DNA of 64,000 nt from a bacterium. Lineage in GTDB: Bacteria > Hinthialibacterota > Hinthialibacteria > Hinthialibacterales > Hinthialibacteraceae. The position numbers were made by a program, and so were the translations under genes. Below the pieces are notes generated by a model. It was given only the letters and a program-made list of their open reading frames with translations, was not told the origin of the DNA and did no database searches. Of this stretch, positions 38,515 to 48,859 are shown piece by piece. How positions within the stretch are numbered: the stretch's first letter is position 1; each line of letters starts with the position of its first letter. The DNA lies in contig CAXXSM010000130.1 in the NCBI GenBank assembly GCA_963663405.2, positions 96,001 to 160,000 of the forward strand. The letters are read 5' to 3'.

Positions 38515-39882
38515 ATGAACGATCAAAATAACGAACATTTAAATGCCTTGACGAATGCGTTGCAGGCGAATGAAGAGAATACGATCCTTCGCCTGGAAGT
38601 CGCTAAATTGTGCGAACAGCTGCAGCGCTGGGATGAAGCGATTCATCACTACAAAATTTTATGCGCTGAAGACGCCAGCCGGATCGAGCATTTTCTAGGA
38701 TTGGGCCGCTGCCAGCTCGCGCTGGGCCATTGGAAAGAGAGCGCGAGCGCTTTGTAAGATCTGTTTGGATAATGATCGAAGGAATCCCGAAGCCAATTAC
38801 ATGCTCGCGGTTTCACTTTTAGAATTGGACGAACGGGAATCCGCGCAAGGAGCATTTTGAAATCGCCGCGTCCTGTGATCCGCAATACGAAACAGAGGAA
38901 TTGCGGAAGCGATTTTATCCGGAGGTGGGAACAACCGAAGCGGCTGCTGCATATGGTTAAATCCACCGGTTCTAAAAACGCGCCGGTTGAAAACGAGAAA
39001 CCCGAGATCACGTTCAACGATATTGGAGGATTGAGTGAGTTAAAAAAAACCATTCACCGGAAGATCATTCTGCCCTTCCAGCGGCCTGATATATACGCGG
39101 CGTACGGCCGGAGCACCGGTGGGGGGATCTTGTTGTATGGCCCTCCTGGTTGTGGAAAAACGCATATCGCCCGCGCGACAGCGGGGGGAATGTGACGCGC
39201 GTTTCTTTTCAGGTTTAATTGAATGACGTTCTTGATATGTGGTTCGGTGAAAGCGAAAAACTGCTGCATGAAATCTTCGAAACAGCCCGCGCAGAAAAAC
39301 GGGCGGTGTTGTTCTTTTGATGAAGTGGAAGCCATTGGTGGAAACCGTAATCGAATGCGGGCCGATCAAGCGGGAAAAACTCTGGTCAGTCAATTGCTGG
39401 CTGAAATGGATGGTTTCAAGTCGAACAATCAGAACATGCCTTATACTCGCAGCGACCAACGCGCCTTGGCATGTCGACCCCGCGCTGCGGCGGCCGGGGC
39501 GATTTGACCGGGTGGTTTTTGTTCCCCCCCCCTGATGCGCAGGCCCGCGCGGAAATCCTGACGATCCATTGCAAAGATAAACCATTAGGCAAAAATCGAT
39601 TTTTCGCAACTGGCTAAAAGAACGAACGGATTTTCCGGCGCCGATTTGAAAGGATTAATCGAAGACGCCTGTGACCGGGCCTTGGAACGAAGTTTGGAAT
39701 CAGAAGCCATTGAACCGTTGGTCATGAATGATTTTCTCCAATCATTGAAAGAGATCAAAGCCAGCACGAAAGAGTGGTTAAGCACGGCGAAGAATTACGC
39801 GGCGTATGCCAATGAAGGTGGTTTGTACGACGACGTGATTGAATATTTGGATTCCCAGAAATCGTGGATTCGCGGGAAGTAA
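38515..39882 (+). CDS. AAA+ ATPase with TPR-like N-terminus (multiple indels)
   Basis: Fragments: [50 protein letters not shown]. Confidence 0.8.
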
Positions 39883-39888
39883 GACTTT

Positions 39889-40481
39889 TTAAATAGAAGC
39901 AAACCAGTTTTTCAAGGGCCAAAACGGAACACATCCCCCCCGGCTCACCAGTCCATTGGATGCCGCGTACGCCACGGCTCCCCAGGGAATCGAGCCGCCC
40001 TGGTTCAAAATCCTGTGTTGTTTTGTCTGGACCGTGTCCGATGATAATCCACTTGGGGTAACGCTTATCAGGTCCGTAGTGATGGCGGCGGAGATCTTCG
40101 AACACATTCTTGGGCCATTCGGCTGGCTGTATCATTGTGGTAGATGTATTCCTTGGCCGATAGATGATTCGGGATTCCATGCAAAGTTGAAGGGATCGAC
40201 GGGAATACTGGTCATATACGCGACGGGTTCCAGCAGTTCTTCCATCCGTGTTAACGATTGCGATACACCGGCCGTGCTGGAGTTGGGGTAATCGTTATTA
40301 TCGAGACGGTATGCTTCACATCGCTGTGGCGAGCGCTTTGATGTGTCTCCTTCCATCCGGGCGATTTTAGCCCGGATTTGCGCGTTTAAGAAATTGGGGA
40401 CAGCGATCGCGGCCAAGATTCTACCAATAATCGCAACTACGATCATAATAATTCGATTAGCGTAAAACTCTTCTGTTTCAT
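39889..40481 (-). CDS. GspG-like prepilin-type pseudopilin (multiple indels)
   Basis: MKQKS|FTLIELL..AIAVPNFLNAQIRAKIAR; PVAYMTSIPVDPF; GHGPD; YAASNGLVS. Confidence 0.8.
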
Positions 40482-40701
40482 AATTTCCCTTAAAAATGTT
40501 GTAGTATGAAAGATTCTGTGAGACGAAACTTGCTTATCCTATTTTAGACTTATTAAGATAAGATTAAAAGAAAGAGATTTGTGGCTCACTGAGTGAGAAT
40601 TTCCCAAATGAGAATTCTGTATCAATCCTATAAAATTAGCGTTGGTTGTATTTTTGTGATCAGTTTAATGGATTCATGTTGCCATATAGTGCCCATATAT
40701 C

Positions 40702-41574
40702 CTACGGAGCCAATGATTTTTCTAGTCTTTCTCGATAGTGTATATATCGGGAAACGCAAAAAACAATGGGAATGATAAGTGGACAATAGCTATGCCACCA
40801 CAATGCAGTTCCGATTGTAACAACGCCAATTAGTAAAACATACATTAGGTCGTCGTCATACTTCTTGAAAACAAGTCCTAAACAGATCAACGATGTCAGA
40901 AGAACACTCCCCGTGTATCCTAGAAAACGGATCGGAGAATTGCACGCATAGTAATAATTTACAAAGACAGGAATTGTATAGATATAGTCGATAAACCAGA
41001 CGATATGCCATACCGCGGGTGAGCACCCAAGCAGACAGCCTGCAAAGGCCTTCCACCCAAACGCGAGACCGAGAAAAGGAAGAATGATAATAAATGTAGG
41101 TTTGATCGCGCAGGCCAATCCAGCGCAAACACAATTTAATGACTCGATTTCTTCCAATCCCGAAAGCGAAGACACCTGTTATTAATGGAGACACCTGCCC
41201 ATAATGAAACGCGTCATGAGCCGGAATCCATACTGTGGCTATGATAAATGCCCATATCGCCCAGACGCGGTACGCGCCATATCCATATCCCACCGCTCCA
41301 ATGATTGTCCATAACCAATACCCTTCGAAATGACCCAAAAAACTCAACGGGATCAACAGAACAGCCAATGGGGGAGGATAGACGTAATAATGGCCTTCCA
41401 CATACGGTGAAAAAACCATGAACGATTGACCGGGACGCTTCGATATAACAGTTATAGTCATAACCCGGTTGATCCGTTCGTATTTGCCACGCTTGCGTAT
41501 ACGCAAATCCCAAACACAAACTTACAATAAGAGTAATGCAAACGGAGATTCGATTCGATTGTCTGGTTTTCCAT
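40702..41574 (-). CDS. GT87/DUF2029-like membrane glycosyltransferase (multiple indels)
   Basis: DYNCY, YVYPPPLAVLL, GQVS, AGLACAIKP across three frames. Confidence 0.65.
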
Positions 41575-41905
41575 TCTCCCCCAGTCCAGATACAAAAAAT
41601 TACAACTAACAATGAGTGCAACCAAGACGATGAAATTGTGTATTGATCGTAACATATTTGGAATGATTCTGTCGTACATGGAGGTAAATAATTGTAAAAT
41701 CAAAATTGTCGTTTGGAATTCGGCGCCTCAATAAAACGCGAGCCACCTTCTCGAGTTATCCTGTATTCAACTCATCTTTGCGTGCAGGATGAAATGGATT
41801 TTCTACTTTGTAATTATCGCACTATATCTTAATAAAAAAGCGCTTTACAATGATATAAATCATAATAGTTTTACACAGCATTTCGAATTTTGTTAAGGAG
41901 TTATT

Positions 41906-42909
41906 ATGCGTGGATTTCGACCCTTTTTCTTATTCAATGCGGCGCTCGTTTGCTTATTTCCGCTAGGAGAAACAACAGCGAATGCGGCGGATGAGCCTGT
42001 GATGAAGTTTGCGGATACATCAAAAGGCCGGCCGTTTTCCAAAGATCCCGCTGTGGTCCATTACAAGGGGAAATACTGGATGTATTATTCGCTGCCTCCC
42101 TTCGGCGATGGACGTGATGATGATGGATGGAGCATTGGAATCTCTACAAGTGATGACCTTGTGTCGTGGTCAAAAGCCGGTGATCTTTTTGGTCAAAAAG
42201 GCGGGTGTGAAAAAAAGGGAATCGCGGCGCCGGGCGCGATTGTGCTAAATGATCAAATTCATCTCTTTTACCAAACCTATGGGAACGGCCGGAACGACGC
42301 GATCTGTCACGCTGTCTCGGAGGATGGGATTCATTTTACACGCAATTCAACAAATCCCATCTTTGCGCCAACGGGATCGTGGAACGCGGGGCGGGCGATC
42401 GACGCGGATGTGATCGCGCATGACGGCAAACTGTTTCTCTATTTCGCGACGCGTGATCCTGCGATGAAAATCCAGATGCTGGGCGTTGCTACCGCTCCGT
42501 TGGATTCGGATTTTTCCCGTGAATGTTGGACCCAACGTTGTGACGCTCCGATTTTGAAACCGGAACTTCCATGGGAACAAACTTGTATTGAAGCGGCGGC
42601 GGTCTGTAAAAAGAACGATCGGTTGTTCATGTTCTACGCCGGCGCGTATAATAACCGTCCACAGCAGATCGGCTGCGCGGTCAGCCGGGACGGGTTTTTC
42701 TTGGAAACGGTTGTCTGATTCCCCCAATTCTTCCTAATGGTAAACCCGGCGAATGGAACGCCAGTGAATCGGGTCATCCTTACGCCTTTACGGATCGGGA
42801 TGGAACAACATATCTCTTTTTCCAAGGGAACAATGATAATGGGAAAACATGGTATATCTCGAAGAAGAAAGTGCAATGGAAAGACAACCGGCCGTATTTT
42901 GACGAATGA
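41906..42909 (+). CDS. Five-bladed beta-propeller glycoside hydrolase (GH43/GH32/GH130-like), indels near 42700
   Basis: Signal peptide, SKDPAVV, AIDADV, CIEAA; continuation SGHPY..LFFQGNND to TGA 42909. Confidence 0.8.
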
Positions 42910-42954
42910 TTGCGCATAAGGATAGTGTTTCTTGAAATTGAAAAACTGTCTTGT

Positions 42955-43868
42955 TTATACACTTAATCCGTTCTGCAGCCATTCATAAAAAAATCTGGAT
43001 CGTCCACGGAATAACTTTCCCTTCCTAAATGAGTCGTATTTTCCTTCATCCAATTTTGAAATGATGTCAATTCTTGTCTCGCGAAGCAGCCGTTTAATTT
43101 TGGGCATCGTTTGTGCGGGTATTGACGTTAGGACATAAACCGGCGTCTCCATCCCATAGGTAATCGGGGATGATCCGGATCGATCTCGCGTGGATGGATA
43201 TAGTAAATCACAGGACGGTTCTCTTGGTTTACCCGTTTTGCCATACGCTTGATAATTGAATAGGGGAAAAGCCGCAGATAGCCTCCTCCAAAAAAACATA
43301 TACGCTGGTTAAACAAGCGGACGACGGAAAGTGGAAATTCTTGGATCGAGCCTTGTGTGGATTGAATTCGATATGGAGATATTACCGCGTCAGCGATGCC
43401 GCCGTGTTCCCGGAACGCAGGAAAGATCGAAGAATCATATTGGTATCCCGCATCAACTAGTTCTTCAAAAACCCACATCGTATCTTTAATGATCGAAAAT
43501 CCGGGGGCTCGATATCCCGTTACGGCCTGCCCTGAAATCGACTCAAGGATCTCTTTGGTTCTTGAGATATCATCCGCAAACGCCTGCCGGCTTTGTTTAA
43601 AGATCAATTCATGCGCGTATCCATGCGAGGCGATTTCATGGCCTTTTTCATATGCTATTTCAACGAGTTCAGGAAATCGTTCCGCTACCCAGCCAAGAAA
43701 AAAGCAGGTGACTTTTACTCCCGTTTGATCGAATTCGTGAAGGAGAGTGTGAAAATTCTTTTTTACATGGGATTCTAACTGATTCCATTCGCTGCATTTC
43801 GGTGTAGAGGGCACATCAAGAATATTAAACCAGTCTTCCACATCCACGGATAAAATGTTCTTCATCAC
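42955..43868 (-). CDS. Polysaccharide deacetylase (XrtA/PEP-CTERM-associated DUF3473 type); C-terminus uncertain
   Basis: SVDVEDWF, HEIASHGYAH, GYRAPGFS, YDSS, GGGYLRL, YIHPREIDP. Confidence 0.88.
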
Positions 43869-43877
43869 TTTTTCCTA

Positions 43878-44518
43878 TTACATAGTCAAAGTCACGTAAA
43901 AATCTCGATGGATCCGTTCAATGGTGTGTTCACAGGATGGGAATCGAATCAACAAATCGCGCAATTGTTGGTTACGGTATAGAAAGAGTGGACAAACGTT
44001 TCCGGTAGCGAATTTTTCTTTGAAGAGCCCAAGATTCCGCCTGCGGCGGGGAAAACTGAAAAGCGCTTTTTTCTTTGGTCAATCCGATGACTTTTTTAAT
44101 GAACGCTTTAGGATCTTCGATGTAATCCATGACGCCCATAACAATGGAAAAATCGAATGGTTCGGGAGAGGTATATTGAAAGAGGTCTTCAACGAGAAAC
44201 TGACACCGGCCGGTCAGTTTGCAATGAAGAGGCTTTCGCTTTGGCTCGTTCGATCATCGCTTCCGCGAAGTCCAGGCCGACTACTTTACGCGCGCCTTGT
44301 TCCGCGAGGGCAAGAGAATAGTGTCCTGGACCACAGCCGATATCCAAAACGGTTTTCTCTTCGATGGGTTGACAATTGAGAATCGTTTTTTCAAAGCGCT
44401 CCCGCATACTGGCGCGAAAAATAGGATTCAACAGTTTATGGAATAGGGATTGCCGCGTTCCATAAAGAGCGTCAAAATCATCCGCATAACCATCAAAAAA
44501 GTGTTTGACCGTATTCAT
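43878..44518 (-). CDS. Class I SAM-dependent methyltransferase (indels)
   Basis: VLDIGCGPG, GLDFAEAM; continuation MGVMDYI to TAA 43878. Confidence 0.8.
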
Positions 44519-44668
44519 TGGAGCCTTATAGATTGCATGGTTCCGCCGCAAAATTCATACATTGGAGAGCGGATAGATTATACATATTAAAAATGGTTGT
44601 GCTAGTGGAAGAATGGTTATTAAGGTTGCGCTAAATTCCGATGGATAGAAGTTTATGAATTAAATAAC

Positions 44669-44715
44669 ACATGCAAAAAAGCCGCACTCGAATGAGTACG
44701 GCTTTTTTTGCATGT
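44669..44715 (-). terminator. Strong intrinsic (bidirectional-type) terminator
   Basis: ACATGCAAAAAAGCCGCACTC-GAAT-GAGTACGGCTTTTTTTGCATGT. Confidence 0.8.
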
Positions 44716-44729
44716 AGTTTACTTGACTG

Positions 44730-45496
44730 TCAGTTGACGTACTGCGGCGCCGTTTGGTTTTGGCTTCCGTTTTTGTCTTTCCGGTTTTTGGAGGTGTCAA
44801 TCTTCCCATAGGGAACATCCAAGTACGCGGATGCGATGAACACGTCATCCTTTGAGAATCCCAGCGCTTCATAGGGAGGTTCGAAGGATTTCCAGCGTTT
44901 CATCGACGGTGCGCCGGTTGGGGAATATATCTTCCTGTTGCAAGCAGAGTGAGATGAGATACTGCTTGTCTAGAACATATCCCTCGACAACAAACATTTC
45001 GGCGATACCCAGCAGTGCGGTTGCGGGTGGACGGCGTCCTCTTCACACATGACCGCTTCCCGCAGGGGGCGGAGAATACGGAGACGCCCTTCCTCCGTTT
45101 CCGGATCGCTTTTGCGGGCGATATCGGCGTCGGTGGAATCCCGCGCTTGCTGCATGAGATATTGCAAATCCCTTTCCGTTAACGGTTGGCGGCGCCGGGC
45201 TGTCCGTTCCATGGCCATTTCAGTCGCGCGGCGCAAAAGGACCGGGCTGATTCGCTGGCCGTGCGTGCGCCGGTAGAGAAGACGGTACTGTTTGGTGACA
45301 GCGCGCATGTAATCCATCGCCTCATTCAATGTAATGCCCGGTTGACGCTGTACGAACCGCCGGGCGGTTTCGGGAACAATGCCCCATTCTTGAACGAGAT
45401 GATTTTCAATCACTTCACGACAATTTGTTGATGTTGGATTGGTACCTCTTTCCATTGACTCCATAGATATTCTGACTCTCTTCTGTTTTCCATCAT
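44730..45496 (-). CDS. Hypothetical Arg-rich helical protein (~255 aa, indels)
   Basis: 176-aa ORF plus coding-like continuations to a stop just before the terminator; no recognisable motif. Confidence 0.5.
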
Positions 45497-45721
45497 TCAA
45501 AGGCGAATTTAAACAGTGGAAAACCGAAGGCTCTCCTTTCTAATCCCGGTATGGAACCGGGAAAACAAAATATAAAGCATGACTTCAATAAAACAGAACT
45601 TCGCTTGTCCTTCTCAGACGCGCCAGTAACTACCGGCTTTGCGCCGTAAACTCCCCTATCCAAGATGGACGTTTCCTAACCTACATCTCATCACGTCGTG
45701 AATCGGGATTGGATCGTCAAT

Positions 45722-46110
45722 TCAGGGGATTTGAAGATAGCCCTCTAAATTATGGCGCCAAACTTCCACAGCGCTGAAACAATCCAATAAGGATTCCGCT
45801 ACAAGCGCAACAGATCGCTTTACCCCTTTTGTTTTAATTGGGTCTGTGGCAGGATCGAGCCGGGCGGTCAGCCGGTTTGTATCCGGATTGATGGAAAGCC
45901 GTATGTAGAATGATTGTGGGTGTCCTTCTTCAACCACAATCGCTGGAAGTATCGATCGGTGTTTGTTTCGTTCTAGATACAGTTCCTCAATCTTGATTGA
46001 CCACCCCTGCTTTTCTTCATACAGGGGCATAAATACTCGAAAAAAATCGTCCAACGAGAGATCGCCCCTCAAGACCACATGTGGCCAATTCACCGCGCCT
46101 TTCAACATAC
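45722..46110 (-). CDS. Hypothetical protein (PHVVL.. N-terminus); start uncertain
   Basis: Coding-like composition from about 46108; the ORF-track 5' extension overlaps the structured RNA candidate. Confidence 0.6.
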
Positions 46111-46128
46111 ACAAAATAACTACTAACT

Positions 46129-46298
46129 TCGACGTAAAAACCGACTCTCTGCGCCTCACAGTGTCTACGATATCCCTCGCGAAACGTACAAGAAAAGCAG
46201 GGCGGATCATACCCTTTTCTAAGCCCTGCTTGCGATTCCGCGCGGATCGTTTGAGGACAGGACTGTAAGTGTTAAAAAAGTGTGAATCTTACGTCGAT
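46129..46298 (-). ncRNA. Candidate rod-shaped structured ncRNA (6S-like?)
   Basis: Nested inverted repeats TCGACGTAA/TTACGTCGA, CCTCA/TGAGG, ACGAT/ATCGT, CGCG, AAGCAGGGC/GCCCTGCTT; 5' end coincides with the predicted transcription start. Confidence 0.5.
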
Positions 46299-46303
46299 AT
46301 CTT

Positions 46304-46331
46304 AGTCTATACAAATTGCGGGATACGTCAA
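46304..46331 (-). promoter_or_regulatory. Candidate sigma70 promoter of the RNA
   Basis: TTGACG-16 nt-TAGACT. Confidence 0.55.
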
Positions 46332-46902
46332 GAGGTTTTTTTTAAAATTGACAAAAAACCCATCAAAGGGTGTATCATATATTTACTTAAATAATATTAA
46401 TTGAAATATTACTTTGTATGATTATTTTTTGAATTTATAGGTTAAATCAATTATGAATCGCGTGTGTTTTTTTGAGAAAACAACTTGTATATCTTGTATA
46501 GTCTATTTTTACAGATCTATCTATCTTGAGTGATACAACTCTATCATTGTTTTGTGATGTTTCATAATTCTTTTTCATACTGTATCGGGTTATTTTTCCT
46601 ATTGGAATTACGAATTGAGTAGTGAAGAGGGATTGATTTTACTAGTCTTAGAGTGATGAGAGAGTATACCCTATCAAATCAATCATGGTCTCTTATTTTT
46701 TTAATAAATGAATAATTTTCAATTACTTATAAGATTTCTTCCGCTCCTGTTCTCAAGGAATCGCAGAGGTCGACGTGACGATTTGTGATTGGGTACTCTC
46801 ATCATTTTAAACGGCTTACTCGCTATCGTTCCTTTTATAGAGTAGAATCATAAATATAAGGTTTTTTATATTGTAAAGTTATGTTCTACAACTATTTTTG
46901 TT

Positions 46903-47703
46903 ATGGAAAAAAAACGAGTATATATCGAGTGTGTACGGTCCTGTTTATTCGTGGCGTGTGGGGATATCTCTTGGGGTTGATCTGATTATGGAGACCTCCA
47001 TTTGTTCGTTTAATTGCGTCTACTGTCAGCTGGGTCAGATCCAGCGGGTGACGAATGAAGAACGGGTGTTTGTTCCTACGGAACGCGTGTTGCGGGATTT
47101 TGCCTCTTCCCCGCTGGAAAGAGGCGGATATTATTACTTATAGTGGTTGTGGAGAACCGGTGTTGGCTTCGAATCTGGGGGAAGTGGCGCGGGGAATTGC
47201 AGCGCTTACATCAATTCCTCAATTAGTTTTGACGAATGGGAGCCGGTTGGGCGATCCCACCGCGCGGAAGAACTTGCAAGAAGTTGATCGAGTTTTTGTG
47301 AAGTTGGACGCGTCGACTGAAGAGCAATTCCAGCGAATCAACCGGCCCGCGCCGGGAATCTCTCTTTGTGGAATCGTCGAAGGGACGAAACAATTCCGCA
47401 AGAATATAGTGGATTTCTTGGATACAGATGATGTTTCTGCCCGGTCAATCCTGCGACTTGGAGAGTCTTGCAAAGATTCTTCTCGAAATTCAACCGGATG
47501 AAGTCCAATTGAACACCCCTACGCGGCCCTATCCAAAAGAGTGGCATTATTCCTCCCGTGGAGGACATTCGAAAGAGTTGAGGCAGTATGAATCGACACC
47601 CCTTCGCCCAATCTCGCATGAACAGGCGGCCGCATGGGAAGAACGCCTGAAAGAATTAACGGGGCTGCGGATGATATCGGTGTATGAACGGAAGAAGGTT
47701 TAA
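46903..47703 (+). CDS. Radical SAM protein (TYW1-like Fe-S oxidoreductase COG), indels
   Basis: YGPVYSWRVGISLGVD, CSFNCVYC, GCGEP, VLTNGS, VKLDA, QLNTPTRP. Confidence 0.85.
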
Positions 47704-47776
47704 TCGTTCAGCTGGTTTTTGTTTTCCATCAATAAATTAATGAAAAAATTAATGAAAAAAACCAATCCCCACATCA

Positions 47777-48697
47777 TTGAAATCGGTTCAAACCAATCCT
47801 GTGATCGCTGCGATGGGATTGATCTGTCTGGATGTATACAACGCGAATGACGGGCGGCCTCCAATTTTATCTTCTGGCGGTTGTGTCAATACGCTGATTA
47901 TCTTGAGAGAACGCGGCTGGGAGGTGATTCCCGCCGCTTTGATTGGATCTGACCGGGCTGGATCGTATGTGATGAAGGATCTGCATTCCTGGAACATCGA
48001 TACACGTTATGTTATTCAAAAAGAGGATGTGTCGACGCCCATTTATCAGCTGGTCCATACTGACAACGGGCATACCTATCGCAAACACTGTCCGGAGTGT
48101 AGGAATCCATTTCCCGCGTATACGCCCTTGGCGCCCTTAGATGGTCTCTCCCTTGCGAATTTGTTGCCCAAGTCCACCTCTTTTTATTACTTTGATAAAG
48201 CGGCGCCGGCGGCGATTCTGCTGGCGCGTCATTTGAAAGAGCGGGGCGTTATTATCGTGTTTGAGCCGAATCGGATTGAAGATGAATTTCTCTTTTTTGA
48301 AAGCGTTACCACCGCCGATGTGATGAAATACTCAAGCGAACGCCGCACGGGGATTCATTCCTTTACGGATCATAAAAAACCACCACTCGAAATCGAAACC
48401 GCTGGGAGCGAGGGATTGAATTACCGTGTATCCATTAATAAGAGACAAAGCGAATGGCGGACGCTTCCACCGGCGCCGGTCTCAGATTTTAAAGACGCGG
48501 CGGGTGGAGGGGATTGGCTGACCGCTTCGCTGATTGACTCGATTTATCAGCATGGTGATTTTAGGGCGTTGCTAAGAGACCGAGAACAGTTGGAAAACGC
48601 TCTTATCGCAGGCCAAAAAGAATCGGCTTACAATTGCGCTTTCATTGGAGCGCGGGGGATCGATGTATGTGAATCGTCCTGTGCTGTGTGGGGATGA
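47777..48697 (+). CDS. PfkB-family kinase with CxxC insertion
   Basis: GLICLD, SGGCVN, CPEC, FEP, KYS, DAAGGGDW, GARG. Confidence 0.8.
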   Translation: MKSVQTNPVIAAMGLICLDVYNANDGRPPILSSGGCVNTLIILRERGWEVIPAALIGSDRAGSYVMKDLHSWNIDTRYVIQKEDVSTPIYQLVHTDNGHTYRKHCPECRNPFPAYTPLAPLDGLSLANLLPKSTSFYYFDKAAPAAILLARHLKERGVIIVFEPNRIEDEFLFFESVTTADVMKYSSERRTGIHSFTDHKKPPLEIETAGSEGLNYRVSINKRQSEWRTLPPAPVSDFKDAAGGGDWLTASLIDSIYQHGDFRALLRDREQLENALIAGQKESAYNCAFIGARGIDVCESSCAVWG

Positions 48698-48859
48698 TTA
48701 TTGCCCGGTCTGCTATCCTTGATTTTTCGGCTCATTACAATTGTTGCGTAAGATTATAAGTTGACTTCGTATGTAATAAACAGAATTTCACCAGCTCGAT
48801 TGGTGTGCGTTTCTTCTTTCCCGCCAGGATAAAGCCGGCGTAAATCGTCGATGTACCGT

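Noticed and set aside
45610-45690. GCGCAAAGCC on the minus strand resembling a c-di-GMP-I riboswitch
   Set aside because: The upstream GNAAA/GAAA P2 elements and the P1 pairing could not be found.
46129-46298. SRP RNA identity for the rod-shaped RNA
   Set aside because: GGAA..AAGCAG is present but the conserved CAGG helix-8 partner is missing.
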